Virus record (IMG/VR): IMGVR_UViG_3300045015_000053
DNA length: 64,000 bases
Direction: 5' to 3' (one strand)
Origin: a virus
Taxonomy: Duplodnaviria; Caudoviricetes
The position numbers and the translations under genes are program-made. The notes under the pieces are model-generated. The model was not told the origin of the DNA and ran no database searches. It saw nothing but the letters and a program-made list of their open reading frames with translations. Positions 55,261 to 64,000 of the stretch are shown here, piece after piece. Each line of letters begins with the position of its first letter. The first letter of the stretch is position 1.

Positions 55261-55841
55261 AGCGATTCTGGGCCGCACCGCTGAACAAGGCGGCATTCTC
55301 GGCGGGGGTAAATTGGGTGTCGCACGTTAAGCGACACAAGCTATTGCCACTCGTTGTCGATCTGGGCATGGACGACGATCAGGTGAAAGAACTCGTTGCC
55401 GAGAAGGTGACGGTGCTGTCGGTCGGTCCCAAGTCGCACTTCGATGTTTGGGGCGAGCTTTTGAATCTTGATTTCGGCGTACTTTTGTACTCTTCGCCGG
55501 GAGATTTGTTCGACCCCACAAAGGCGATGCTGAACGGCGAGGACCACATGGTTTTTGCCAAGTGGCCGGCGGATAGCGAATACTACAATCTCTGTGGAGC
55601 GATTGTTTCGGTGCTGGCTCGCGCAAAGACCGCGATCCACATTGAGAAGAAAGTGGCAGAGACGCAGGGCGGGATCGCCTGCCCGGTACGGGTTTGTGGG
55701 CCTGCCTATTTGTGGCGGGCGATGGTCGGGATGACGCGGTTCGTCCGCGCCGGCCAGCCGCACCCGTCGAACCAGTGGGAGCCGTTGGCCGTCAATCTGT
55801 TTGCGGCCGAGTATCCCGAATACACACTGCTCGAAAGTTAA
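55257..55841 (+). CDS. hypothetical protein
   Basis: ATGA overlap. Confidence 0.6.
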   Translation: MKRFWAAPLNKAAFSAGVNWVSHVKRHKLLPLVVDLGMDDDQVKELVAEKVTVLSVGPKSHFDVWGELLNLDFGVLLYSSPGDLFDPTKAMLNGEDHMVFAKWPADSEYYNLCGAIVSVLARAKTAIHIEKKVAETQGGIACPVRVCGPAYLWRAMVGMTRFVRAGQPHPSNQWEPLAVNLFAAEYPEYTLLES

Positions 55842-55849
55842 GAGGAAAG

Positions 55850-56257
55850 ATGGCGAAGCACTTACTGTTCGTGTACGGCACTTTGAAAAAGGGTCACACC
55901 CGCCACAAGGTCATCGGCGACCAACGGTACTTGGGGACAGCCGTCCTCAAGCCCAATCACAAGATGATCTACCTCGGCGGTTTCCCCGCACTCGTTCCGG
56001 CTCTTACCGGCGAGGGCAGCAAGGTTCGTGGCGAACTTTACGAAGTTGACGACAACTGTTTGGTGGAAGCTGACAAGGTCGAGGGCGTCGATCACGGTCT
56101 GTTCAAACGCGACCCGTTGGAAATCGAATCCCACGTTCCGATGATGCTCCCCACCCAACAGACCACGTTCAACAAGCTTGAGAAAGGCGAGGTCCAGGGT
56201 TACGTCTACGCTCGCGAGTATGGCAATGCTCGTGACTGTGGTGTTTTTTGGTTTTGA
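55850..56257 (+). CDS. gamma-glutamylcyclotransferase (AIG2-like)
   Basis: LLFVYGTLKKG...GFPAL...VRGELYEV...DKVEG. Confidence 0.88.
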   Translation: MAKHLLFVYGTLKKGHTRHKVIGDQRYLGTAVLKPNHKMIYLGGFPALVPALTGEGSKVRGELYEVDDNCLVEADKVEGVDHGLFKRDPLEIESHVPMMLPTQQTTFNKLEKGEVQGYVYAREYGNARDCGVFWF

Positions 56258-56281
56258 CTGAGAAAACACCCCCTTCATCTC

Positions 56282-56311
56282 TTGCGTCAGTTCCCTTCAA
56301 GTGGTTATAAT
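56282..56311 (+). promoter_or_regulatory. sigma70-like promoter
   Basis: TTGCGT-N18-TATAAT upstream of the sigma gene. Confidence 0.5.
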
Positions 56312-56335
56312 GCCGCTATCGAGGAGGGAACGTAC

Positions 56336-57283
56336 ATGGTCGCAACACTGCCTGTTACCGATGCTCGCAAGCGTGCTGACGCCCTTCGGGGGGTTCTGGA
56401 CTCCCGTTGGAAGGTGTTCTCTCACCCGGACTTCGACCGGCCGAAGATGGAGCGGAAGATCGTGGCCGACATGCCCGATCTCGCCTCCTACGAGGCGAAA
56501 CGGGGTGAAGTCAAGAAACTCCGTCTCGCCAACACCGACAGCGAGATCCTGCCGTTCTACCAAGAGCCGTTGCTCTCGAAGGCTCAGGAACAGCACCTGT
56601 TCCGTAAGATGAACTTCTTCAAGTACAAACTGGAGAAGACGGTGCGGTCGCTCCACCCGTCGCACCCCAGTCTGGTGAAGCTCGGATTCGCCGAGTACCT
56701 GAACGTCAAACGGAACGCCGTGAAGCAGCACATAGTTTGCTGCAACACGCGGCTGGCCTCTCAGGTGCTGCGGCGGTACGGCGATTACTGCCGTCAACGC
56801 GGTCTGGCGACCGACATGTTGAGCGAGGCGTACCTCAACATCGTCCGCGCCGTGGACTGTTTTGACTGGACGAGGGGCTTCAAATTCAGTACCTATGCTA
56901 CATGGGTTCTGATCAACAACTTCAGCCGCGACCTGAGCGGCGAACGTAAGTTCACCGAGAACTTCGTCACGGGTTTTGACGAATCCATCTACGACGACAA
57001 AGAAGACAATCGCGATGAGGTGGATCGGGTCTATACTGAGAAGCACGAGGACAACAAGGTCCGGGCCGAAAAACTGATCGGCCTGCTCGACAAGCCGGAA
57101 GACGAGCGAAAACGTTCCGTCATCGAACGTTTCTTCGGTATCGGCGGTGAGAAAAAGACCTTGCTCCAGATCAGCGAAGAGATGGGGCTGACGAAGGAGC
57201 GGGTCCGTCAACTTCGCGAACGCGGTCTAGAAGAGATCCGCGAGCGGATGGCGGAAATGGGATGGACGGACGAACTCAACTGA
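56336..57283 (+). CDS. sigma-70 family RNA polymerase sigma factor
   Basis: region 2 FDWTRGFKFSTYATW; region 4 TLLQISEEMGLTKERVRQL. Confidence 0.93.
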   Translation: MVATLPVTDARKRADALRGVLDSRWKVFSHPDFDRPKMERKIVADMPDLASYEAKRGEVKKLRLANTDSEILPFYQEPLLSKAQEQHLFRKMNFFKYKLEKTVRSLHPSHPSLVKLGFAEYLNVKRNAVKQHIVCCNTRLASQVLRRYGDYCRQRGLATDMLSEAYLNIVRAVDCFDWTRGFKFSTYATWVLINNFSRDLSGERKFTENFVTGFDESIYDDKEDNRDEVDRVYTEKHEDNKVRAEKLIGLLDKPEDERKRSVIERFFGIGGEKKTLLQISEEMGLTKERVRQLRERGLEEIRERMAEMGWTDELN

Positions 57284-57290
57284 GGTCAAG

Positions 57291-58229
57291 ATGAACACGC
57301 AGCTAACCGACAAGGAATTCTTAGCTCTCGCCCGGTCATTCGACGCCGGGCCAGAGCCGATGATCAACGGCTACCTCTGGACCGAAATGGGCCAGTTCGC
57401 GGACGGCGACCACCACAACATGATGGTGGAGTATCGTGGCAACGGCAAGTGGGCCATCAAGGTCGGCGGTTGCACTCTCGACATCCACGGGGAGCGACAG
57501 TACGAAGGCATGAGCAGCAGTCGCACCGACGAGTACCTTGCCGAAAACAGGTACGTTTCGGCCCGCGAAGCTCTGGAGATCGCCGGTCACTATCGCGACC
57601 GTGTGACTTGGGCGATCCTCGAAGCCCGGAAGACCGACCCGAAATCGACGCATTGGGGCGACTCTGACGACCACGTCATCTTCCGCGCCACCGCACTGGC
57701 CTACGTCGCACACCGTGGACAGGTCCGCAAGTACAGTGAACCCGGACAAGAACCGTCCCCGTACATCAACCACCCGGCGGCGATTGCTTCGGTGACCGAA
57801 AGCTGGACTATCGCCAAGAAGAAGTCGGAACAGCGGCGGCTGATGGTTTCGGCGGCGTGGTTGCACGACGTGATCGAGGACTGCCCGGCCGAGTTCGCGG
57901 GCCGCATCAAAGAACTCGGTCAGGACATCTACACGCTGGTCAAGGAACTGACCAATCCGAGTAAGGGGTCGAAGCTCAACCGCGCCGCCCGCAAGAAGAT
58001 GGACCGCGACCACCTGAAACACGTTTCGTGGCAGGCTAAGGTCATCAAGTTGATCGACCGTCGATCCAATTTGATGGAGATCCACGGGCAACCGGCCGAA
58101 CCGGACTTCAAGCGGCTCTACGCCCGCGAAAGTCTGGAACTGCTGGAAGCTCTCCGCAGCCCCGACACCGCCGATCTCGAAGAGGAATTGGAGGTCTGGG
58201 CGCGGGCGTTGCTAGAAACGAAGGGCTGA
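57291..58229 (+). CDS. HD-domain hydrolase (SpoT/Mesh1-like) with unknown N-terminal domain
   Basis: AHRGQVRK...PYINHP...AAWLHDVIED...VKELT...IKLIDRRSNL. Confidence 0.8.
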   Translation: MNTQLTDKEFLALARSFDAGPEPMINGYLWTEMGQFADGDHHNMMVEYRGNGKWAIKVGGCTLDIHGERQYEGMSSSRTDEYLAENRYVSAREALEIAGHYRDRVTWAILEARKTDPKSTHWGDSDDHVIFRATALAYVAHRGQVRKYSEPGQEPSPYINHPAAIASVTESWTIAKKKSEQRRLMVSAAWLHDVIEDCPAEFAGRIKELGQDIYTLVKELTNPSKGSKLNRAARKKMDRDHLKHVSWQAKVIKLIDRRSNLMEIHGQPAEPDFKRLYARESLELLEALRSPDTADLEEELEVWARALLETKG

Positions 58230-58230
58230 G

Positions 58231-58575
58231 ATGAACGTCTGGTTCCTCCCTTGTAACGAGACGCCCTTCCTCAACCGCGATCACCCGGTCTTCCTGGCAA
58301 TCAGGGACCGGGTGCTTGGCTGTGACGACTACCGCATCCTGCTCGAACACTTCGGTTGGGTGACTTACCACTCGTGCTTCAAGACGAAGGAAGAAGCACA
58401 GGAAGAACTGTTCCACAAGTACGAGGTTTACTGGCTCGATCAGGGGTTGCCCCTGGTCGCAAAACGGAGTACCCTGTTTGGGTATTTCAAACATCTGGGC
58501 AAGCCAGAGGTCATGTTGCCCTGGTTCGATTTGGACAGCGTTCTGCGAGATCCCTATGCCGAAACCACAGATTGA
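58231..58575 (+). CDS. hypothetical protein
   Basis: coupled ORF. Confidence 0.55.
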   Translation: MNVWFLPCNETPFLNRDHPVFLAIRDRVLGCDDYRILLEHFGWVTYHSCFKTKEEAQEELFHKYEVYWLDQGLPLVAKRSTLFGYFKHLGKPEVMLPWFDLDSVLRDPYAETTD

Positions 58576-58933
58576 TCCCGAACTTCTCGCGGGCTGGAAC
58601 CAAGAACTCAGTGCCGCCGAGGTACAACTCGAACATCTGGTCGTCAATCCGGTGCTTCACGCCAAGCTGCACGAGATCGGGTTGGCCGGCAAATGGCTCA
58701 AGCACGTTCTTGTTTCCGACAACACGCCACCAGACAAGGTGACACAGTTTTTTGCACTGTTCTGCCAGAAGGCGTTCGGCGTACAAGACGTGTGGGAACT
58801 CGCGGTCAAAACCTTCGACGCCCACCACAAGTTCCAAGAGTTCAAAAAGAATCCACCCTACACAACAGTCGAAGTCCCCCTCGCCGAACGGGACGAACTG
58901 CTCGAACGACTGACCCGCGTTCATTCCGAATAA
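58556..58933 (+). CDS. hypothetical protein
   Basis: ATG at 58556. Confidence 0.55.
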   Translation: MPKPQIDPELLAGWNQELSAAEVQLEHLVVNPVLHAKLHEIGLAGKWLKHVLVSDNTPPDKVTQFFALFCQKAFGVQDVWELAVKTFDAHHKFQEFKKNPPYTTVEVPLAERDELLERLTRVHSE

Positions 58934-59012
58934 AAAGCGCTGAAGACCTTTACAAACTGCTCCGAAGTGTCGATATTGACTCCATAATCGACACACGCAC
59001 TCGGAGCAGATC

Positions 59013-60593
59013 ATGGGCCTCAAACTCGACAAGAACGAATTCCCTGCCAATCACGTCGCCGAAGACTTCCAGTGCTTCGGCCCGCCCGCTCTGAAGGACG
59101 GCGAGTTCGACACCGTGAAGATCGCCGACCTCGGCTGTTTCACCCAAGACGGCAAGGACAGCAACAAGTATTACCACTGCGCTGTAGTCAAGTCTCGCAA
59201 GACCGGCGAGTGGGGCGTCTACAAAGAGTGGGCGCGTACCGGCTCCAAGAATCCGAACTTTCAGTTCGTGATGTGTTCGAGCGAAGCCGAAGCCCAACGC
59301 GAATTTGCCTCCCAACTTCACGAGAAAAACGACCGTCGCGGCGAGTGGACCGTCGTCGGCGGCATCCGCGTCCTCCGCGCCAAAGCGGGCAAGGATTGCT
59401 ACCTCGTTCGCGCACAAGCGACCCGTTCAACCGGACTGCCCGACGCCAAGTGCATCAAGGCCAACGACGGCGCACCCAAGCCCGTGGCGGAAGCCAAAAA
59501 GACGGACGCTGCCCCGACAACTGCCAAGCGGCGTTCGGACACTCATACCCTTTCGTTGCTCCGCGATTTGGGGCAGGCGACGGTGAGCTACACCCGTGGC
59601 AGCATGGCCGACAGCAGCCTGCCGACCCAGACCGCCATTGACGAGGCGCGGAGCTTCCTCGGCGAAGCCAAGAAGCGGCTGAAGGTAGTCGGTCCCAACG
59701 AAGATGATCAGGTGAAGGACAAGGCTCTCGTTGACTTGACGAGTCTCATGTACGGTCGCATCCCGAAAAAGAAGGCTCTGCACTGCCCGCCGAAGGACTG
59801 GATTCTCAGTGCCGGCAACATCGGCGCGTGGGAACTCGACCTCGATGCCTTCGAGTCGGCTCTCCACACCGAGCAACAGACGGAACAACAGGTTTCCGAC
59901 CCGCTCGACGGCCAACCGTTCTTCCTCGAATGGATGGACCCGAAGTCGAAGGAAGGGGACTGGCTGTACAAGTGGTGGCCGAACGCCACCCGCAACCGCC
60001 ACGGTCACGTCGGCTCGATGAAGATCAAAAACCTCTGGCGGGTCGAACGTTTCGGCGACCGCGACCTGATCGAGAAGTCGCAGACCGCGATCCTCAAGAG
60101 TAAGTTCTCGATCACCGAGAGGGCTTTGCACCAGCCGAAAGAACGCGCGGACCTCGCCGAGAAGGACTTCCAGCGGTATCGGGACACGAACACCGCGATG
60201 TTGTTCCACGGCACGCGGCGGGTGAACGTGACGGGCATCCTCCGCGAGATGCTGCGGTTGCCGAAGCATCTGGTGGGCGTCGTGATCACCGGGGCCATGT
60301 TCGGCGGCGGCTGTTACTGGGCCGACGACTGGAAGAAGTCTGCCGGCTACACGGACGGCGGCTACTACGACCGGGGCGGCAGCGGCGGCAATCGCGGGTG
60401 CTTCATGTTCGTCGGGGACGTAGTTCTCGGCAACCCGTGGGTCGCGCCGTCGAGCGGCGGCTACACCGGCCCGCCGAAGGGCCACCACTGCATCTTCGGC
60501 AAGGCCGGACACAGCGGCGTCCAGAACAACGAGTGGATCACCTTCGAGCGGAACCACATGGAACTCCGCTACCTCGCCGAGTTCACCAGTTGA
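59013..60593 (+). CDS. poly(ADP-ribose) polymerase-like protein (WGR + regulatory + catalytic domains)
   Basis: WARTG (WGR-like); LFHGT, GAMFGGGCYWAD, NNEWITF (H-Y-E triad). Confidence 0.88.
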   Translation: MGLKLDKNEFPANHVAEDFQCFGPPALKDGEFDTVKIADLGCFTQDGKDSNKYYHCAVVKSRKTGEWGVYKEWARTGSKNPNFQFVMCSSEAEAQREFASQLHEKNDRRGEWTVVGGIRVLRAKAGKDCYLVRAQATRSTGLPDAKCIKANDGAPKPVAEAKKTDAAPTTAKRRSDTHTLSLLRDLGQATVSYTRGSMADSSLPTQTAIDEARSFLGEAKKRLKVVGPNEDDQVKDKALVDLTSLMYGRIPKKKALHCPPKDWILSAGNIGAWELDLDAFESALHTEQQTEQQVSDPLDGQPFFLEWMDPKSKEGDWLYKWWPNATRNRHGHVGSMKIKNLWRVERFGDRDLIEKSQTAILKSKFSITERALHQPKERADLAEKDFQRYRDTNTAMLFHGTRRVNVTGILREMLRLPKHLVGVVITGAMFGGGCYWADDWKKSAGYTDGGYYDRGGSGGNRGCFMFVGDVVLGNPWVAPSSGGYTGPPKGHHCIFGKAGHSGVQNNEWITFERNHMELRYLAEFTS

Positions 60594-60652
60594 AGTTAAC
60601 TTTCATCGAGAATATCCCTAAAAACGGGATATTCTCGATGAAAGTTAACTTC
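60592..60652. repeat. 27-bp perfect inverted repeat
   Basis: GAAGTTAACTTTCATCGAGAATATCCC-TAAAAAC-GGGATATTCTCGATGAAAGTTAACTTC. Confidence 0.95.
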
Positions 60653-60663
60653 GGAGACATCAC

Positions 60664-60912
60664 ATGGATTTCCCAGAAGACGAGATGGATTTTCAACGAG
60701 CTTGGTCGTTGGTCGCCGGTGAACTTTACGGCGTCAAGCAGTGCATTGTTGAAACCGAAAAGCGTGCGTGTGTGGCGTTCGCGCGGCGTCAAGACGCGGT
60801 CGCAAATGCTCTGCGTGATTTGACCGACGAACTCGCCCGCAAACGTGACAGTCTTTCCGAACAGGTTCAGGGGTACATCAACGAAAACCGGCGGCGGAAA
60901 GCTCTCGTTTAG
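60664..60912 (+). CDS. small coiled-coil protein
   Basis: GGAG RBS directly after the palindrome. Confidence 0.6.
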   Translation: MDFPEDEMDFQRAWSLVAGELYGVKQCIVETEKRACVAFARRQDAVANALRDLTDELARKRDSLSEQVQGYINENRRRKALV

Positions 60913-60973
60913 CGCAATTTCGGAGACATCGGTTTTGCTCGCTTTTTGGGTATGAACCTCTTTGGAGAAGGCC

Positions 60974-61198
60974 ATGCCAATCGAACAGATCGAAACCGAA
61001 ATCACCGTGGGCGACATCCTCGACCGCATCGCGCAGGGTCGCCTGAGCCGCGACACGAAGGTCAAACTCGTGATGAACCACGTTCACGAGGAGCCGCCGC
61101 TGGACTTCAAACTGTTCAACGTGGCTTCGGTCACTTCGGACGGTGACGAACACGGACTCTACGTTGTGGTCGAAAGCCGCCGCCAACCAGTGGAGTGA
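60974..61198 (+). CDS. hypothetical protein
   Basis: GGAGAAGG RBS. Confidence 0.6.
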   Translation: MPIEQIETEITVGDILDRIAQGRLSRDTKVKLVMNHVHEEPPLDFKLFNVASVTSDGDEHGLYVVVESRRQPVE

Positions 61199-61201
61199 GC
61201 C

Positions 61202-61555
61202 ATGACACGCGACATGAAGGCCACGATGCCTTACATCCACTACTCCAACCCGATCTGGGACAAACCTCGGACGATCTGGGGCGCGGCCGAAGAAGGGCTT
61301 CAGTACGAGTACAGCGACCGGCTTTGGCAGTGGGACCGGGCGAAGGCAGAAGACGCGAGCAAGAAGGCGGCGAAGAAGGCGGGCAAGGCGTTTACGCCCA
61401 AGTACATTCAGGAGTTCTTGAAGGTGCTGTTGGGCGAGCCGGTGGAACTGCTGCACATCAAGGGCGGCGTCAACACCAACGGCTACACCTATTACATCTA
61501 CGGGTTCCGGGTCAAGGAAAAGGCCGTCAAGAAGAAGAAGGTGTCAAGTGAATGA
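61202..61555 (+). CDS. hypothetical protein
   Basis: strong coding bias. Confidence 0.65.
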   Translation: MTRDMKATMPYIHYSNPIWDKPRTIWGAAEEGLQYEYSDRLWQWDRAKAEDASKKAAKKAGKAFTPKYIQEFLKVLLGEPVELLHIKGGVNTNGYTYYIYGFRVKEKAVKKKKVSSE

Positions 61556-62156
61556 CATCCCGCTCGCCAAGCCGAAACTCTTCGAGTTCACGAAGGTTCC
61601 GGCCGTCATTCTCGCGGCCAAGACGCCCGTCACCGAGGCGTTGTTCGTCAAGATCGTCGGGAAGGCGAACGTCGAACACTTGCAATGGGTGATCGGGAAC
61701 TACTGGGAACAGAAGATTTCCCGGCTCGACACCGACGCTCTCTACGAGGAACTTCGCATCCTGTTCCACAGTAAACGCCGTGCGAAGCGGACGATGAACG
61801 AGACGCGGGACGAGATCGCCTCCCGCGTGATCGAGTGCGACTGGGGCCGCATTTGGAAGACCTTCAAGCAGAAGGTCGAACGGTGCTTGTGGAAACACCC
61901 GAAGACGAAAGGACTCGTGGCACAGACGATCCAGCTACACGGCGCGGACCTTGTCATCGAAGAAAACAGCACTTGCGAGGTGCATTTCGAGGGCAAGGGT
62001 TACACGGTGGACATCGAGGGCCGACGCAGCATCGTGGGCAACTTGACTTCCGTCAACCGTGACAAGACCCGCGTGATGAACGTCAAAAACAGGTTCGTGG
62101 GCAGGACGTTTTGGCAGTGTCAGGGACGCAGCCACGTCGTCTACCAAGAAAAGTAG
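61548..62156 (+). CDS. hypothetical protein
   Basis: 202 aa. Confidence 0.65.
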   Translation: MNDIPLAKPKLFEFTKVPAVILAAKTPVTEALFVKIVGKANVEHLQWVIGNYWEQKISRLDTDALYEELRILFHSKRRAKRTMNETRDEIASRVIECDWGRIWKTFKQKVERCLWKHPKTKGLVAQTIQLHGADLVIEENSTCEVHFEGKGYTVDIEGRRSIVGNLTSVNRDKTRVMNVKNRFVGRTFWQCQGRSHVVYQEK

Positions 62157-62234
62157 CGCAATCTCGGAGACACAATCTCCGAGAGCTTGTTGGTGGTGGG
62201 TACGAATCCAAAACCTTGCAAAACTGGTGCTGAC

Positions 62235-62921
62235 ATGGGCGTCGATGCGAAGATCTATCTGCCGGGCAACGTGCGTCTGAGTACGGTCGTGGAAGTGGTC
62301 GCACGGTTGCTGGACGCGCCGGCGGTCTACAAGAAGCTCGAACCGGAGAAGCCCAAATCAACTTCGTGGCATGCCTCGATTCCCGAAGGCGTGGTAGAGT
62401 ACCGCAACACCGTGCAGGGTCTGGTGGGCGTCACCATCGGCCAGATCAACCCCGCCCTTCGCGGCAGCGAACACTTCCCGTTCAGCTACCACTATGAGTT
62501 CGGCGGCTATAAGGGCATGGGCGCGTGTCGGGGCATGATCCTTCGTTCGTGGGACTGCAACATTGCGATCCTGCGTGGCCTCGCCGACTTCTTCGGCGGC
62601 ATCGTGGACCATCAAGACTGCGACGACGAGGAGCGTGACTACGTCGTCGCGGACAAGCCCGACAACATGAACTGCCCGGAAGATGGTCGCGCGTGGCAGT
62701 TCCTGCAAGAACGTATCATGGCCGTCGAACCGCTCACACAGGAGCAGATCGACGCTTGCGACCAGTACGCCGCTTACCACGAGAACGTCGGCGAACGCAC
62801 CAAGCGGCTCGCAATGAAGAAGAAGACTTCTGCGTCCATCGCCGTCGAAACACTGGCGAAGGAGTTGGGCAAGTCGGTCGATTTCGTTACAGCCCTTCTT
62901 AGGAACGGGGGTGCGATGTGA
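62235..62921 (+). CDS. hypothetical protein
   Basis: ATG at 62235. Confidence 0.65.
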   Translation: MGVDAKIYLPGNVRLSTVVEVVARLLDAPAVYKKLEPEKPKSTSWHASIPEGVVEYRNTVQGLVGVTIGQINPALRGSEHFPFSYHYEFGGYKGMGACRGMILRSWDCNIAILRGLADFFGGIVDHQDCDDEERDYVVADKPDNMNCPEDGRAWQFLQERIMAVEPLTQEQIDACDQYAAYHENVGERTKRLAMKKKTSASIAVETLAKELGKSVDFVTALLRNGGAM

Positions 62922-63382
62922 GCGACTACGACCGCCTCGCCGAGTTGTTCCGAGACGAGTTCTACACCCACCCACAAGGCGGTGGGGCGGCTCTGAAGGC
63001 CCGCATCGATTCGGGCGAGGTGAAGTTCAAGTTCGCGCCGAAGAACTGGCGTGAGGACTGGTACTCGGACCCCTACTTCAAGGTGTCGGTCCCGGTCGCG
63101 TTGAGCATCGCTTCTGCCCTCGCCGGGCCGTTGAACTTCGAGATCTACTACACACCGGACTTCGACTTCCATCACGTCCGGTTCGAGTACGACGGCGACA
63201 CTTACGCCGTCCAGTGGTACAAGGTGTTCGTCCTCTACCGCAAGAGCGACGGCAAGCAGTGTTCGTTCGCCTACGACCGTTACAGCATCGCCCCATTCTT
63301 CCGCCGGGGCGATCACAAGAACGATAAGTTCTGGTTCGACGGCGGAAGGTTTGCCACCCCGTTTAAGGAACAAGAATCATGA
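62918..63382 (+). CDS. hypothetical protein
   Basis: GTGA overlap. Confidence 0.6.
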   Translation: MSDYDRLAELFRDEFYTHPQGGGAALKARIDSGEVKFKFAPKNWREDWYSDPYFKVSVPVALSIASALAGPLNFEIYYTPDFDFHHVRFEYDGDTYAVQWYKVFVLYRKSDGKQCSFAYDRYSIAPFFRRGDHKNDKFWFDGGRFATPFKEQES

Positions 63383-64000
63383 GTAAGACACTTGACACCC
63401 TGCTCGTCGCGGGGATTCAGAACGCCATCGACGCCAAAGTCGGGGCGTGCGACATGTTCACCGCGTTCGGCGTTTCGAGAGCCGTTCAGCAGACCGGCGT
63501 CAAAGAGCGTCACAACAACATGAAGCACGTCGTCCACGAATACTTCGAGAGCGGCGCGATGCCGGGCTACGACCGCACCCTCGTTCGCGTGGACCCGTCC
63601 AAGCCGGAAGCGTGGGTGTACCACCCGACAGGCACCGACGCCACAACGTACCGGCCGAGCTACCAGCCGCTGCCCTCGCCCGGAACGACACCGCAATCGT
63701 TCTACGCGGCGAACCAGCCGACCTCGGCCCCCGCGCCGACGCCGAACCCGTCGATCAGTTCGGTGTCGTTCCAGCCGCCGGCCGCGAAGCACAAGCCCGA
63801 CCAACGGGGGGCCGTGACCGTGCCTGCGAAGGTAATCGTGGGCATCGGCGCGAAGGCGGGTGACGTTCTGGACGTGGTGGTTGACGGGGACAAGATCGTC
63901 GTCTCCAAAGACGGCACGACCGGCCGGAAGTACGTCGTCAACACCTCGAACAATATCCGCATCAAGCGTCGGACGTGGTCGCAGATCGTCAAGACGACCA
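63379..64000 (+). CDS. partial gene with AbrB/MazE-like C-terminal region (runs off the window)
   Basis: not in the track; MSKTLDTLL...DQRGAVTVPAKVIVGIGAKAGDVLDVVVDGDKIVV. Confidence 0.6.
   Translation, partial: MSKTLDTLLVAGIQNAIDAKVGACDMFTAFGVSRAVQQTGVKERHNNMKHVVHEYFESGAMPGYDRTLVRVDPSKPEAWVYHPTGTDATTYRPSYQPLPSPGTTPQSFYAANQPTSAPAPTPNPSISSVSFQPPAAKHKPDQRGAVTVPAKVIVGIGAKAGDVLDVVVDGDKIVVSKDGTTGRKYVVNTSNNIRIKRRTWSQIVKTT

Noticed and set aside
1-64000. Genome-wide stop-codon reassignment, suggested by the phage release factor and tRNAs
   Set aside because: TGA, TAG and TAA all end genes cleanly (many ATGA/TGATG overlaps), conserved genes are uninterrupted, and no suppressor tRNA was seen.
1-64000. 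CRISPR array, DGR, retron or group I/II intron
   Set aside because: No regularly spaced repeats, reverse transcriptase or intron core motifs were seen.

Overview
This window looks like part of a large (jumbo-type) dsDNA phage genome: dense, mostly + strand, many short hypothetical ORFs with ATGA overlaps, standard genetic code. Host-like genes (sigma-70 factor, ClpX, ClpS, BON, GYF_2, PDZ) tentatively suggest a Planctomycetota host; this is inference. No structural or replication module lies here. The window is an accessory region rich in translation and RNA functions (tRNAs, RF1-type release factor, Pth2, Ro60/TROVE, RlmN-like radical SAM, RNase H, intein-containing nucleotidyltransferase). 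It also carries ADP-ribosylation genes (PARP, ART-like, OGFr-like), metabolic genes (FolD, Prs), glycosyl/sulfotransferases, an ExbB/MotA-like triad and several HNH endonucleases. Most unusual observations: (1) the release factor ORF can be reached from its ATG only through two tandem prfB-type CTT-TGA-C +1 frameshift sites (or one 50-nt hop); (2) four dispersed 68-69 nt tRNA-like genes share one non-canonical compact cloverleaf and all carry Arg anticodons (UCG, CCG, UCU, CCU); (3) two tRNA-palindrome-HNH cassettes in which the palindrome copies the tRNA's own anticodon loop; (4) a shared R-x-L-D-D-[DE]-[WF] motif in six unrelated proteins; (5) a tRNA-like RNA with a ~50-nt expanded anticodon arm; (6) an HNH gene split by an AT-rich cassette, and a ~420-bp inversion. 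All protein family calls are from motif recognition by eye; no database search was run.
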